From the NCBI RefSeq assembly GCF_044324875.1, contig NZ_CP172185.1: a stretch of 64,000 nt of DNA; one strand, written 5' to 3'. The notes below the pieces were generated by a model. The model saw only the letters and a list, made by a program, of their open reading frames with translations. It was not told where the DNA came from and made no database searches. Below, one piece after another: positions 32,767 through 43,306 of this stretch. Numbering within the stretch: position 1 is the stretch's first letter; each line of letters opens with the position of its first letter. This DNA comes from Escherichia coli. Its GTDB lineage: Bacteria > Pseudomonadota > Gammaproteobacteria > Enterobacterales > Enterobacteriaceae. The position numbers and the translations under genes were made by a program.

Positions 32767-33647
32767 GTTGGAGTCATTACCCATTGGCGGTACGGCGGAA
32801 ATTACCGCGCCGATATTGGGCACGTAGTTGAGCAAAAACGCCAGTACTGCCCACATCAGCGCAAACTGTACGCCCATTAGCGCCAGCCCCAGCCAGACGA
32901 TTACGCCTGTCCATAAACTTAGCAGCGTCTTTAACGCCAGATAATGCGAAACACCTTTTAAGGCGCGGTGTAGTCCGGCGATGTGAATCTGTGGATTATT
33001 CAACGCAAAACGCATTTTGTAAGGGACGTGGCGCACTTCAAACAGCATGAAAACTACGGTCATCACCAGCAAAAGCACGCTCGCCATTGCCCCGGAAAGC
33101 CCGGTCATTAGCGCCGTGGTGAAGGTAACCACTTTTTCCGAGTCCATCCGCTGCAGCATTCGCTCCGGTGACATATGCAAATTAAGAAAAGGCAACATCT
33201 CCTGCAATTTAAAAAGTTTGCGCGTTAGCTCCTTATTAAACTTCGGCAGCATAGAGATAAATTCGTTAAACGATGCCGCCAGTACGCCAACCAGCGCGGT
33301 TAGTGCGATCAGCATCACCACCACCACAATCGTAATGGCAACGGGGCGTTGTACTCCCCGACGAATAAACCAGGTGACGAGCGGGTTGAGGACGATGGCA
33401 AAAAACAGCGCCAGTAACAGCTGCACAATGATATCTGCCGCTGCGTGAATTCCCGCGAGGATCACTACCAGCGAGGCCAGCTTGAGCAGAATGTGCATGC
33501 CCGTTTTATCGGGTTGAGGGGTTTCCATTGGGGCTTCCTTGTGACTTTTTGTATTAAGTGTAGCGGGAGTCACGCCAGCAATATTCTGATTCTTACTGCT
33601 GATTTTCACGTCAGCACGTGGTAAAAATGAAACACTGTTGTAAAAAT

Positions 33648-34865
33648 GTGGTGATCCTCATGCCCGAACCCGCGCTAAACGGATTGCGCCTGAATTTGCG
33701 CATTGTCTCCATTGTCATGTTTAACTTCGCCAGCTACCTCACCATCGGGTTGCCGCTCGCTGTATTACCGGGCTATGTCCATGATGTGATGGGCTTTAGC
33801 GCTTTCTGGGCAGGATTGGTTATCAGCCTGCAATATTTCGCCACCTTGCTGAGCCGCCCTCATGCCGGACGTTACGCCGATTTGCTGGGACCCAAAAAGA
33901 TTGTCGTCTTCGGTTTATGTGGCTGCTTTTTGAGCGGTCTGGGATATCTGACGGCAGGATTAACCGCCAGTCTGCCCGTCATCAGCCTGTTATTACTTTG
34001 CCTGGGACGCGTCATCCTTGGGATTGGGCAAAGTTTTGCCGGAACGGGATCGACCCTGTGGGGCGTTGGCGTGGTTGGCTCGCTGCATATCGGGCGGGTG
34101 ATTTCGTGGAACGGCATTGTCACTTACGGGGCGATGGCGATGGGTGCGCCGTTAGGTGTCGTGTTTTATCACTGGGGCGGCTTGCAGGCGTTAGCGTTAA
34201 TCATTATGGGCGTGGCGCTGGTGGCCATTTTGTTGGCGATCCCGCGTCCGACGGTAAAAGCCAGTAAAGGCAAACCGCTGCCGTTTCGCGCGGTGCTTGG
34301 GCGCGTCTGGCTGTACGGGATGGCGCTGGCACTGGCTTCCACCGGATTTGGCGTTATCGCCACCTTTATCACGCTGTTTTATGACGCTAAAGGTTGGGAC
34401 GGTGCGGCTTTCGCGCTGACGCTGTTTAGCTGTGCGTTTGTCGGTACGCGTTTGTTATTCCCTAATGGCATTAACCGTATCGGCGGCTTAAACGTGGCGA
34501 TGATTTGCTTTAGCGTTGAGATAATCGGCCTGCTACTGGTTGGCGTGGCGACTATGCCGTGGATGGCGAAAATCGGCGTCTTACTGGCGGGGGCAGGGTT
34601 TTCGCTGGTGTTCCCGGCATTGGGCGTAGTGGCGGTAAAAGCGGTTCCGCAGCAAAATCAGGGGGCGGCTCTGGCAACCTACACCGTATTTATGGATTTA
34701 TCGCTTGGCGTGACCGGACCACTGGCTGGGCTGGTGATGAGTTGGGCGGGCGTACCGGTGATTTATCTGGCGGCGGCGGGACTGGTCGCAATCGCGTTAT
34801 TACTGACGTGGCGATTAAAAAAACGGCCTCCGGAACACGTCCCTGAGGCCGCCTCATCATCTTAA
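33648..34865 (+). CDS. yhhS: MFS-family transporter
   Basis: 12-TM MFS protein. Start is uncertain: in-frame GTG at 33648 (405 aa, the length I recall for the K-12 protein), ATG at 33660, or the ORF-track start at 33618. Confidence 0.75.
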   Translation: MVILMPEPALNGLRLNLRIVSIVMFNFASYLTIGLPLAVLPGYVHDVMGFSAFWAGLVISLQYFATLLSRPHAGRYADLLGPKKIVVFGLCGCFLSGLGYLTAGLTASLPVISLLLLCLGRVILGIGQSFAGTGSTLWGVGVVGSLHIGRVISWNGIVTYGAMAMGAPLGVVFYHWGGLQALALIIMGVALVAILLAIPRPTVKASKGKPLPFRAVLGRVWLYGMALALASTGFGVIATFITLFYDAKGWDGAAFALTLFSCAFVGTRLLFPNGINRIGGLNVAMICFSVEIIGLLLVGVATMPWMAKIGVLLAGAGFSLVFPALGVVAVKAVPQQNQGAALATYTVFMDLSLGVTGPLAGLVMSWAGVPVIYLAAAGLVAIALLLTWRLKKRPPEHVPEAASSS

Positions 34866-34868
34866 AAC

Positions 34869-35426
34869 TTACTGAATAACCAGCGTATTAATGATGTTTT
34901 CTGCGGTGGTCTGCGCTTTTTGCTGATCGTCAGCGGGCAGCGTAATTTGCATGGTCAGCAGTTGATTACCCACGTTACCCAGAATAACGGAAGAGTACGC
35001 CGTCTGGCCTTTCGCGGAGATAATGCTGTCTAACTGCTGCATTTTGTGACCTTTCAGCTCAATGGCTTTATTGGTTACCACTTGCAGCTGCGGATCGCGG
35101 CTACGTTGCTGATCTTCCAGACGCTTCGCCAGCACCGCCAGATCTTCTTTCGGGTCATCGCCCATGATGACGATGACTGCTTTCTGCCCGGTGGCATCGG
35201 ACCAGACATGCATGTTATTGGCCTGCGTTCCCAGCTTACCGCTCTGGTCGGTCATATCCGCTGGCAGCGAGAAACTTAACTTGCCATCAAGCAGGTTGAC
35301 GGGATTCCCGGTAGCGTTACTTTCCGCGACCGAACCCTGCGCCGTAGCGTTAGTGTCTTTATCATCACAGGCCGCAAGCCCCATAACCAGCAGGCCAATT
35401 CCGACATATTTAACCAGATTGCGCAT
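34869..35426 (-). CDS. dcrB: Periplasmic lipoprotein DcrB
   Basis: 185-aa product starting [22 protein letters not shown] (lipobox LAAC). Confidence 0.85.
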
Positions 35427-35498
35427 TGACTTCTTCCTTTCGATAAACGGCCATAACGGCTCATTCATCCATCTTATCACAACTCTGATAACGAACCT

Positions 35499-36164
35499 TT
35501 AACTCGCCTGCAAAGCGTTGATTTCAGATTTATCTGCCAGTCTTTTCAACAGCATATTGAGTAATACGCCATACATTGGCAGGAAGAAAACGATACTGAT
35601 TAACACTTTGAAACAGTAATCGACCAGCGCGATTTCCATCCAGTGTTCAGCCATAAAGGCATCGGGGCTACGCCAGAAGGCAATGAAGAAGAAGGCCAGT
35701 GTGTCGCTGACGTTACCGAACAGTGTGGACGCTGTCGGTGCCAGCCACCAGCGGCGACTCTGACGCAGGCGGTTAAAAACGTGCACGTCGAGGATCTGGC
35801 CCAGCGCGTAGGCCATGAAACTGGCGGTGGCGATACGGGCGACAAACAGGTTGAAGTGAGCGAGTGCGCCGAATCCCTGCCAGGAGCCCATATAGAACAG
35901 CGACGAGATGACGTAGGAGATCAGCAACGCCGGGATCATCACCGCAAAGATGATACGACGGGCCAGCGGTGCGCCAAAAATACGCACAGTCAGGTCGGTA
36001 GCAAGGAAAATAAACGGAAAGCTAAACGCGCCCCATGTGGTATGGAAACCAAAAATGGAGACGGGAAGCTGAACCAGATAGTTACTGGAGGTGATCACCA
36101 GAAGATGAAATAACGATAACCAGAACAACGCCTTATAGCGTTGCGTTTGCGAGAAAACGTTCAT
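35499..36164 (-). CDS. yhhQ: Queuosine-precursor transporter family membrane protein
   Basis: 221-aa polytopic membrane protein at the conserved position between dcrB and tusA. Confidence 0.85.
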   Translation of the reverse strand: MNVFSQTQRYKALFWLSLFHLLVITSSNYLVQLPVSIFGFHTTWGAFSFPFIFLATDLTVRIFGAPLARRIIFAVMIPALLISYVISSLFYMGSWQGFGALAHFNLFVARIATASFMAYALGQILDVHVFNRLRQSRRWWLAPTASTLFGNVSDTLAFFFIAFWRSPDAFMAEHWMEIALVDYCFKVLISIVFFLPMYGVLLNMLLKRLADKSEINALQAS

Positions 36165-36385
36165 ATTGTACCTTTTTGATTAACCATTGGGGTGAGGGAA
36201 CCCAATACGTACGACACGCTATTTTACCTTGATTAAATAACGTTCTTACCCTTTTTTCGAGCCGCCGCATGATACTGCTTTACGTTGACAATGCAATGGT
36301 TAATTTTCACGCAATCGTTAACCTGGTTTGCTTACGGACTCACAGGGCGTAAACTAGCGCCGTTTTTTTAAGTGATGAGAAGAAA

Positions 36386-36631
36386 ATGACCGATCTCTTT
36401 TCCAGCCCTGACCACACACTCGACGCGCTTGGCCTGCGCTGCCCGGAACCGGTGATGATGGTGCGCAAAACCGTGCGCAATATGCAGCCTGGCGAAACGT
36501 TGCTGATTATCGCCGACGATCCGGCCACTACCCGCGATATTCCTGGGTTTTGTACCTTTATGGAACACGAACTGGTTGCTAAAGAGACGGATGGATTGCC
36601 TTATCGTTATTTGATTCGCAAAGGCGGTTGA
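36386..36631 (+). CDS. tusA: Sulfur carrier protein TusA
   Basis: 81-aa protein with the conserved CPxP motif ([11 protein letters not shown]). Confidence 0.95.
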
Positions 36632-36732
36632 TGGGGAAAGATTGGCTTCGATGCCGCCTTTTCCCCTCACCCTAACCCTCTCCCCAGAGGAGCGAGGGGA
36701 CCGATCGCGCTCAATGTTGCGATCGGTTTGCC

Positions 36733-38931
36733 TTATCTCCTGCGCAACAGCCTTAACGCATTCGCCGTCACCAGCACCGTCGCACCGGTATCTGCCAGCA
36801 CTGCCAGCCACAGTCCGGTCATCCCTAACAGCGTCGTGACGAGGAAAACGCCTTTCAGCCCCAGCGCAATAGTGATGTTCTGGCGGATATTGGCGTGAGT
36901 GGCGCGTGCCAGTTCAATCATTTGCACCAGGCCGCGCAGGTGGTTATGGGTTAATGCTGCATCGGCGGTTTCCAGCGCCACGTCTGTGCCACTGCCCATT
37001 GCAATCCCGATGGCGGCGGCTTTCATCGCTGGCGCGTCGTTAATACCGTCACCGACCATCGCCAGCGGCGCATGTTGATTCAGTTCGGTTACCGCTTTGA
37101 CTTTATCTTCCGGCAATAGGCCCGCTTTAAACTCCAGCCCCAGTTCCCCGGCAATTGCCGCCGCTGCGCGTGGATTATCGCCGGTGAGGATCACCCCTTT
37201 GACGCCCAGCGCGTTCAGTTCACTGATAGCAGTTGCAGCATCGGCGCGCAGGGTATCCTGCAACGCAATGACACCAAGCACGTCATCATTACGTACTACC
37301 AGCACTACCGTTTGCCCGGCGCTTTCCAGTTCATTAATCAAACCAGCAAATGCAACAGCGGGATGTTTCCCTGCAGCGCATATCAACACGCGCTCACCGT
37401 TAACCTGCGCTTCAATGCCAGACCCAACCAGCGCCCGCTGTGATTGGGCGGCGGGAATGGCGAGTTCAGCAACCTGTGCTTCTCGCACGATGGCTTGCGC
37501 CAGTGGATGCGTCGCGCCTTGCTCGACCGCCGCTGCCAGTGTCAGCAGTTCAGATTCACTAATACCCGTTGCCGGATGAATCGCGGTAACGCGCGGTTTA
37601 CCGACGGTCAGCGTACCGGTTTTATCAAACGCCACCTGGGTAACACGACCTAGTTGTTCCAGCGCCGCACCGCCTTTAATCAACGCCCCACGACGCGCTG
37701 CTGCTGCCAGCCCGGAGGTTATCGCCGCAGGCGTTGAGATAACTAACGCACACGGGCAACCAATCAGCAGCAGCGTCAGCCCTTTATAAATCCACTCTTG
37801 CCAGCTGGCGGCAAACAGCAGCGGCGGCACCAGCGTTACCAGCAGGGCGACGGCCATAATCGCGGGCGTGTAGATACGGCTGAAACGGTCGATAAACCGC
37901 TCAATGGGGGCGCGACGCTCTTCGGCTTCTTCGATCAGTTTCAGAATCCGGTCAATGGCGCTGGCACCCGGTTCTGACAGCACTTCCAGCGTTACCAGAC
38001 GGTCTACGCTGGTGGCTCCAGCAGGGACTTTATTGCCCGTTGCGCGCTCCACCGGAATAGATTCGCCGGTCAGGGCGCTTTCATCAAAACTGGCAAACGG
38101 TGAGAGCAGTTTACCGTCGGCAGGCAAACGTCCACCTGCGGCGACTTCAATCACATCGCCAGGGCGTAGGCTGTTAATCGCCACCTCTTCCCGCTCACCG
38201 TTACGCAGGCGCGTGGCGGTTTCTGGTTTCAGCGCCATTAACGCGCTAACGCCCTGACGCGCGCGGCTGGCGGCCCAGCCTTCCAGTCGTTCACCAATCA
38301 AAAACAGCAGCAACACCATCGCAGCTTCAGCCGTTGCGCCAATAAACAGCGCACCAATAGCGGCTACGCTCATTAACGTTTCAATGGCGAAGTAGCTGCC
38401 GGATTTGATCAGCCGTAATGCCTGACGAGCAATCGGGTACAGCCCAACCAGCGTGGTCGCGATAAACGCCAGTTGCCCGAACGGATGATTAAACTGCTCC
38501 AGACCCCAGCTGATTGCCATCATCACGATTAGCGTAATCAGCGGCAAATTCTCTTTCAGGCGTGATGTTTGCGGTTCGTCGGCGGCCTGTTCATCGCGCA
38601 GGGAATAGCCCGCTTTTTGCACCGCAGATTCAACCTGGGCACGGATGTCATTGTCGGCATCGACCACCAGTTTTTCGGTGGCGAACAACACCTGCACCTG
38701 ATTCACGCCTGCAAGCTGGCGCACGGCATTTTCTACCTTGCGCGCACAGGCGGCGCAGTCCATGCCGCTGACTTTCCAGCTATAGCGGGTGCCGGAGACG
38801 TTTTCAGAGAGAGTTGGCGTGCTGGAACATGCGCCGTCGCAGCAACAGTCGTTGGCGTTCTGTACCGTGGTTAGCGGTTTGAACGCAGCAAATTGAGGGG
38901 CTTTCTTGCCGTGATTGTCAGGAGTCGACAT
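36733..38931 (-). CDS. zntA: Zn/Cd/Pb-exporting P1B-type ATPase ZntA
   Basis: 732 aa with N-terminal metal-binding GMDCAAC motif, CPC transmembrane motif, DKTGT phosphorylation site and GDGINDAP hinge motif. Confidence 0.95.
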   Translation of the reverse strand: MSTPDNHGKKAPQFAAFKPLTTVQNANDCCCDGACSSTPTLSENVSGTRYSWKVSGMDCAACARKVENAVRQLAGVNQVQVLFATEKLVVDADNDIRAQVESAVQKAGYSLRDEQAADEPQTSRLKENLPLITLIVMMAISWGLEQFNHPFGQLAFIATTLVGLYPIARQALRLIKSGSYFAIETLMSVAAIGALFIGATAEAAMVLLLFLIGERLEGWAASRARQGVSALMALKPETATRLRNGEREEVAINSLRPGDVIEVAAGGRLPADGKLLSPFASFDESALTGESIPVERATGNKVPAGATSVDRLVTLEVLSEPGASAIDRILKLIEEAEERRAPIERFIDRFSRIYTPAIMAVALLVTLVPPLLFAASWQEWIYKGLTLLLIGCPCALVISTPAAITSGLAAAARRGALIKGGAALEQLGRVTQVAFDKTGTLTVGKPRVTAIHPATGISESELLTLAAAVEQGATHPLAQAIVREAQVAELAIPAAQSQRALVGSGIEAQVNGERVLICAAGKHPAVAFAGLINELESAGQTVVLVVRNDDVLGVIALQDTLRADAATAISELNALGVKGVILTGDNPRAAAAIAGELGLEFKAGLLPEDKVKAVTELNQHAPLAMVGDGINDAPAMKAAAIGIAMGSGTDVALETADAALTHNHLRGLVQMIELARATHANIRQNITIALGLKGVFLVTTLLGMTGLWLAVLADTGATVLVTANALRLLRRR

Positions 38932-38966
38932 GGCATCCTCCGGTTAAGTTTTTTCTCATTAACCGA

Positions 38967-38998
38967 AGGATACACTCTGGAGTCGACTCCAGAGTCAA
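38967..38998 (-). promoter_or_regulatory. zntA promoter with ZntR operator dyad (TTGACT -35, CTCTGGAGTCGACTCCAGAG dyad in an extended spacer, -10 element)
   Basis: Reverse complement reads ACTTGACTCTGGAGTCGACTCCAGAGTGTATCCTTC, matching the known MerR-type PzntA architecture; -10 lies 36 bp upstream of the zntA start. Confidence 0.8.
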
Positions 38999-39004
38999 GT
39001 TTTA

Positions 39005-39631
39005 TCAGAGATACAGCGAGCGGACGATGAGGAAATGACCGGCAAAGTAGCAGGCCGCAGCAATCGCGTTGTCCGCACGGAAGCGTCGGCGATAGTGACT
39101 ACCCAGCCAGACAAAGTTACTGATAAATAGCAACGAAGCGCCGACAAACGCAGAGAGCGCCGGAGCGGTCGGACGGAAGAACCACAGTTCACCTGCCAGC
39201 CACACCATCACCAGCGTCATGCCGATAAACGTGCAGATAGGCCAACGATACTCTTCCAGACGCGTCCAGATAATCGCCAGTAACAGCGCGCCCAGAACCA
39301 GCAACACCAGTGGCAGAGGCCAGAAGAAAGAGAGCGTCATCTGACTGGCGAAATAGATGGTGTACAGCAGGTGCGAGAGGAAAAACGCGCCGATGGCGTA
39401 CATCAGACGTTGACGTGGCAACAGGGTTAGCGCATCGCCCAGCAGTGAGGCGCACAGCCCCGCCAGCACCAGATAGCTAATGGCGTCGAACATTGGCGCT
39501 TGCCAGGCCAGTAACAGCAGGAGAAGAAGGGTTAACGGTTTAAACACCCAGCGTTGCCAGGTTGGCCCACGATACGATGCATCCACAGATAGCCATGCGG
39601 AAAGACAGACAGCGATAAACGACCAAAGCAT
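39005..39631 (-). CDS. yhhN: YhhN-family integral membrane protein
   Basis: 208-aa polytopic membrane protein at the conserved position. Confidence 0.85.
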
Positions 39632-39771
39632 CTTAGTTCCTTGAATTCGTTATTTTTTCGTAAGCGGAATGCCTACGGTCTTGCTTCCAGTTTAGTGGCG
39701 AGGGTGGACGGATGACAACACCATAACTGGCAGGGTATGCTTATTTCCGCATTTTCCGATGAGGGATAAAG

Positions 39772-40131
39772 ATGAGCAAACCACCTCTTTTCTTTATTGT
39801 TATCATTGGCTTAATCATCGTCGCCGCATCGTTTCGTTTTATGCAACAGCGACGGGAAAAAGCTGATAATGATATGGCACCACTCCAGCAAAAGCTGGTG
39901 GTGGTGAGCAACAAGCGGGAAAAACCGATTAACGATCGCCGTTCGCGCCAGCAGGAAGTGACTCCGGCAGGCACCAGTATGCGCTATGAGGCAAGCTTCA
40001 AACCGCAAAGCGGAGGAATGGAGCAGACGTTTCGCCTCGACGCCCAGCAATACCACGCCCTGACAGTGGGTGATAAAGGTACGCTGAGCTATAAAGGAAC
40101 GCGCTTTGTCAGCTTTCTAGGCGAACAATAA
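39772..40131 (+). CDS. yhhM: Small membrane-anchored protein YhhM
   Basis: 119-aa ORF with an N-terminal transmembrane helix; conserved position and sequence. Confidence 0.8.
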   Translation: MSKPPLFFIVIIGLIIVAASFRFMQQRREKADNDMAPLQQKLVVVSNKREKPINDRRSRQQEVTPAGTSMRYEASFKPQSGGMEQTFRLDAQQYHALTVGDKGTLSYKGTRFVSFLGEQ

Positions 40132-40133
40132 GG

Positions 40134-40406
40134 TTATTTTTTAACTTTAAATTTCTTCTGCCAGACCAGTAGTTCAAACACGCCGAAAAGGAAAATCCGC
40201 ACCTTTTCGGCGGTGGTCATCTGCGGGCCATCATTCGGTAAAGTGGATTTCAATAGCGCCAGCTGCATACCATGCATCAGCACGGTAAAAATCAGCGCCA
40301 CGTTAACAAAAATATTCAGCGGGCGTGGGAAGGGATGCACCAGGTTGAGGATTAAAAATCCCCAAACGCAGAGCATTAACAAACGACCAATATTAATCAG
40401 CATCAC
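40134..40406 (-). CDS. yhhL: Small inner-membrane protein YhhL
   Basis: 90-aa two-TM ORF; stop overlaps the rsmD start region. Confidence 0.75.
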   Translation of the reverse strand: MMLINIGRLLMLCVWGFLILNLVHPFPRPLNIFVNVALIFTVLMHGMQLALLKSTLPNDGPQMTTAEKVRIFLFGVFELLVWQKKFKVKK

Positions 40407-40989
40407 TTTCTCCTTGTGCTTCGCGTTGATACAGCCGATAAGCCACCTGACCCGCCACTTTTTCCCGATGTAATGACCAGTTTGCCGGAACAGTGGGCAG
40501 ACCGTTTTCTACTTCGCTTTCGACATAAATCAGGGCTTCGTCAGCCAGCCAGCCGTTATCTTCCAGTAAATTTATCGTCTCTTCTAACAATCCACGGCGG
40601 AACGGTGGATCGACAAACACGATATTATGCGGTGTGCCTTTTTGCGCCAGGAATGACATCGCGTTGCTGTTCACCACGCGTGCATTGCCTGCTTTTAGTG
40701 TCGCCAGGTTCTTAATTAACTGCTGAGAAACCGCGCGATCCATCTCAATCAACGTGGCCCCCGCAGCGTAGCGCGATAACGCTTCCAGCCCCAGCGCGCC
40801 GCTTCCGGCGAAGCAATCCAGACATTGGGCGTCAACAATGACCGGAGCCAGCCAGTTAAACAACGTTTCGCGTACGCGGTCGGTGGTGGGGCGCAGACCC
40901 GGGCTATCAGGAACCGGGAGTTTACGGCCTCGCCACTGCCCGCCAATAATGCGGATTTGGCCGCTGCCGGAATGATTCGGTTTTTTCAT
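40393..40989 (-). CDS. rsmD: 16S rRNA (guanine966-N2)-methyltransferase RsmD
   Basis: 198-aa class I methyltransferase with the DCFAGSGALGLEA SAM-binding motif and DPPF catalytic motif. Confidence 0.9.
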   Translation of the reverse strand: MKKPNHSGSGQIRIIGGQWRGRKLPVPDSPGLRPTTDRVRETLFNWLAPVIVDAQCLDCFAGSGALGLEALSRYAAGATLIEMDRAVSQQLIKNLATLKAGNARVVNSNAMSFLAQKGTPHNIVFVDPPFRRGLLEETINLLEDNGWLADEALIYVESEVENGLPTVPANWSLHREKVAGQVAYRLYQREAQGESDAD

Positions 40990-41138
40990 GATAAATTGCT
41001 CAATCCGCCAGATAACACATACTTGCAGGCGGTGATGTGAATTAAGTTAAGTGATAGACTATTTCATCATTTTTTTAGCTGCTATGTACATAGCGTTAAC
41101 GCTGTGCCGTGAAGCAACAGCGAGGAGTGTAGTCGCAA

Positions 41139-42635
41139 ATGGCGAAAGAAAAAAAACGTGGCTTTTTTTCCTGGCTGGGCTTTGGTCAAAAAGAGCAGAC
41201 CCCGGAAAAAGAGACAGAAGTTCAGAATGAACAACCGGTTGTAGAAGAAATCGTTCCGGCGCAAGAGCCTGCGAAGGCTTCTGAACAAGCCGTTGAAGAG
41301 CAGCCGCAGGCGCATACTGAGGCCGAGGCGGAAACTTTTGCTGCCGACGTTGTGGAAGTCACTGAACAGGTTGCTGAAAGTGAAAAAGCGCAGCCTGAAG
41401 CGGAAGTCGTTGCACAGCCGGAACCGGTCGTAGAAGAAACGCCGGAGCCAGTGGCTATCGAGCGTGAAGAGCTGCCGTTGCCGGAAGACGTCAACGCCGA
41501 AGAGGTTTCGCCAGAAGAGTGGCAGGCCGAAGCGGAAACCGTAGAGATTGTCGAAGCGGCGGAAGAAGAAGCGGCTAAAGAAGAAATCACCGATGAAGAG
41601 CTGGAAGCACAGGCGCTGGCTGCCGAAGCAGCAGAAGAGGCGGTGATGGTGGTTCCTCCGGCAGAAGAAGAGCAGCCGGTGGAAGAAATCGCTCAGGAGC
41701 AGGAAAAACCGACCAAAGAAGGTTTCTTCGCGCGCCTGAAACGCAGCCTGTTAAAAACCAAAGAAAATCTCGGTTCCGGATTTATCAGCCTGTTCCGCGG
41801 TAAAAAAATCGACGATGATCTGTTTGAGGAGCTGGAAGAGCAGCTGTTGATCGCCGATGTGGGCGTGGAAACCACACGTAAAATTATCACCAATCTGACG
41901 GAAGGCGCATCCCGCAAGCAGCTTCGTGATGCCGAGGCGCTCTATGGCCTGCTGAAAGAAGAGATGGGTGAGATTCTGGCGAAAGTCGATGAGCCGCTGA
42001 ATGTTGAAGGTAAAACGCCGTTTGTGATCCTGATGGTGGGCGTCAACGGTGTGGGTAAAACCACGACGATTGGTAAGCTGGCACGTCAGTTTGAGCAGCA
42101 GGGTAAATCGGTGATGCTGGCGGCGGGCGATACTTTCCGTGCAGCAGCGGTTGAGCAGCTTCAGGTCTGGGGTCAGCGCAACAATATTCCGGTGATTGCA
42201 CAGCATACCGGGGCGGATTCCGCCTCTGTTATCTTCGACGCCATTCAGGCAGCTAAAGCGCGTAATATCGACGTCCTGATTGCCGATACCGCCGGACGCC
42301 TGCAGAACAAATCGCACCTGATGGAAGAGTTGAAGAAAATCGTCCGCGTGATGAAGAAACTCGACGTTGAAGCGCCGCATGAAGTTATGCTGACTATTGA
42401 TGCCAGCACCGGGCAGAACGCGGTAAGCCAGGCCAAACTGTTCCACGAAGCCGTTGGCTTAACCGGCATCACGCTAACGAAACTGGACGGCACGGCGAAA
42501 GGCGGGGTAATTTTCTCGGTGGCTGACCAGTTTGGTATCCCTATCCGCTACATTGGTGTCGGCGAACGTATTGAGGATTTGCGTCCGTTTAAGGCGGACG
42601 ACTTTATAGAGGCACTTTTTGCCCGAGAGGATTAA
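41139..42635 (+). CDS. ftsY: Signal recognition particle receptor FtsY
   Basis: Acidic Glu/Ala-rich N-terminal A domain followed by an NG GTPase domain (GVNGVGKTTT, DTAGR, TKLD motifs). Confidence 0.95.
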   Translation: MAKEKKRGFFSWLGFGQKEQTPEKETEVQNEQPVVEEIVPAQEPAKASEQAVEEQPQAHTEAEAETFAADVVEVTEQVAESEKAQPEAEVVAQPEPVVEETPEPVAIEREELPLPEDVNAEEVSPEEWQAEAETVEIVEAAEEEAAKEEITDEELEAQALAAEAAEEAVMVVPPAEEEQPVEEIAQEQEKPTKEGFFARLKRSLLKTKENLGSGFISLFRGKKIDDDLFEELEEQLLIADVGVETTRKIITNLTEGASRKQLRDAEALYGLLKEEMGEILAKVDEPLNVEGKTPFVILMVGVNGVGKTTTIGKLARQFEQQGKSVMLAAGDTFRAAAVEQLQVWGQRNNIPVIAQHTGADSASVIFDAIQAAKARNIDVLIADTAGRLQNKSHLMEELKKIVRVMKKLDVEAPHEVMLTIDASTGQNAVSQAKLFHEAVGLTGITLTKLDGTAKGGVIFSVADQFGIPIRYIGVGERIEDLRPFKADDFIEALFARED

Positions 42636-42637
42636 CA

Positions 42638-43306
42638 ATGATTCGCTTTGAACATGTCAGCAAGGCTTATCTCGGTGGGAGACAGGCGCTGCAGGGCGTT
42701 ACGTTCCATATGCAGCCGGGTGAGATGGCGTTTCTGACCGGTCATTCCGGCGCAGGGAAAAGTACCCTCCTGAAGCTGATCTGTGGGATTGAGCGGCCCA
42801 GCGCCGGGAAAATCTGGTTTAGCGGCCATGACATCACGCGTCTGAAAAACCGTGAAGTTCCGTTTCTGCGCCGCCAGATTGGCATGATTTTCCAGGATCA
42901 CCATCTACTGATGGACCGTACTGTCTACGATAACGTGGCGATCCCGCTGATTATCGCTGGTGCCAGCGGTGACGATATTCGTCGCCGGGTGTCGGCGGCA
43001 CTGGATAAAGTCGGGCTACTGGACAAAGCGAAGAACTTCCCTATTCAGCTTTCGGGCGGTGAACAACAGCGTGTTGGCATTGCCCGCGCGGTGGTGAATA
43101 AGCCCGCGGTACTGCTGGCGGACGAACCGACTGGTAACCTGGACGACGCGTTGTCAGAAGGGATTTTACGTCTGTTTGAAGAGTTTAACCGCGTTGGGGT
43201 AACCGTATTGATGGCAACGCACGACATCAACCTGATTTCGCGGCGTTCCTATCGCATGCTCACCCTGAGCGATGGTCACTTGCATGGAGGCGTGGGCCAT
43301 GAATAA
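42638..43306 (+). CDS. ftsE: Cell division ABC transporter ATP-binding protein FtsE
   Basis: Walker [10 protein letters not shown] and signature LSGGEQQR; 222 aa. Confidence 0.95.

Larger units (their letters stand above)
32014..32781 (+). mobile_element. IS1 insertion sequence (768 bp) flanked by a 9-bp target-site duplication CATTGGCGG
   Basis: Terminal inverted repeats begin GGTGATGCTGCCAACTTACTGAT and end GTTGGAGTCATTACC; identical 9-mers at 32005-32013 and 32782-32790. Confidence 0.95.
31702..33528 (-). pseudogene. yhhT: AI-2E (PerM/YdiK) family transporter gene yhhT, disrupted by an IS1 insertion
   Basis: N-terminal portion (33528 down to 32782) and C-terminal portion (32013 down to 31702) are colinear once the IS1 and one copy of the 9-bp duplication are removed, restoring a 349-aa frame. 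Confidence 0.85.

Noticed and set aside
37097-38874. ORFs antisense to zntA (37097..37579, 37904..38257, 38569..38874)
   Set aside because: Ala/Ser/Arg-rich shadow ORFs inside a well-supported P-type ATPase gene.
41222-41590. Ser/Ala-rich 122-aa ORF antisense to the ftsY 5' region
   Set aside because: It mirrors the GAA/GCG-rich repeats encoding the acidic A domain of FtsY; a compositional artefact of the repeat.
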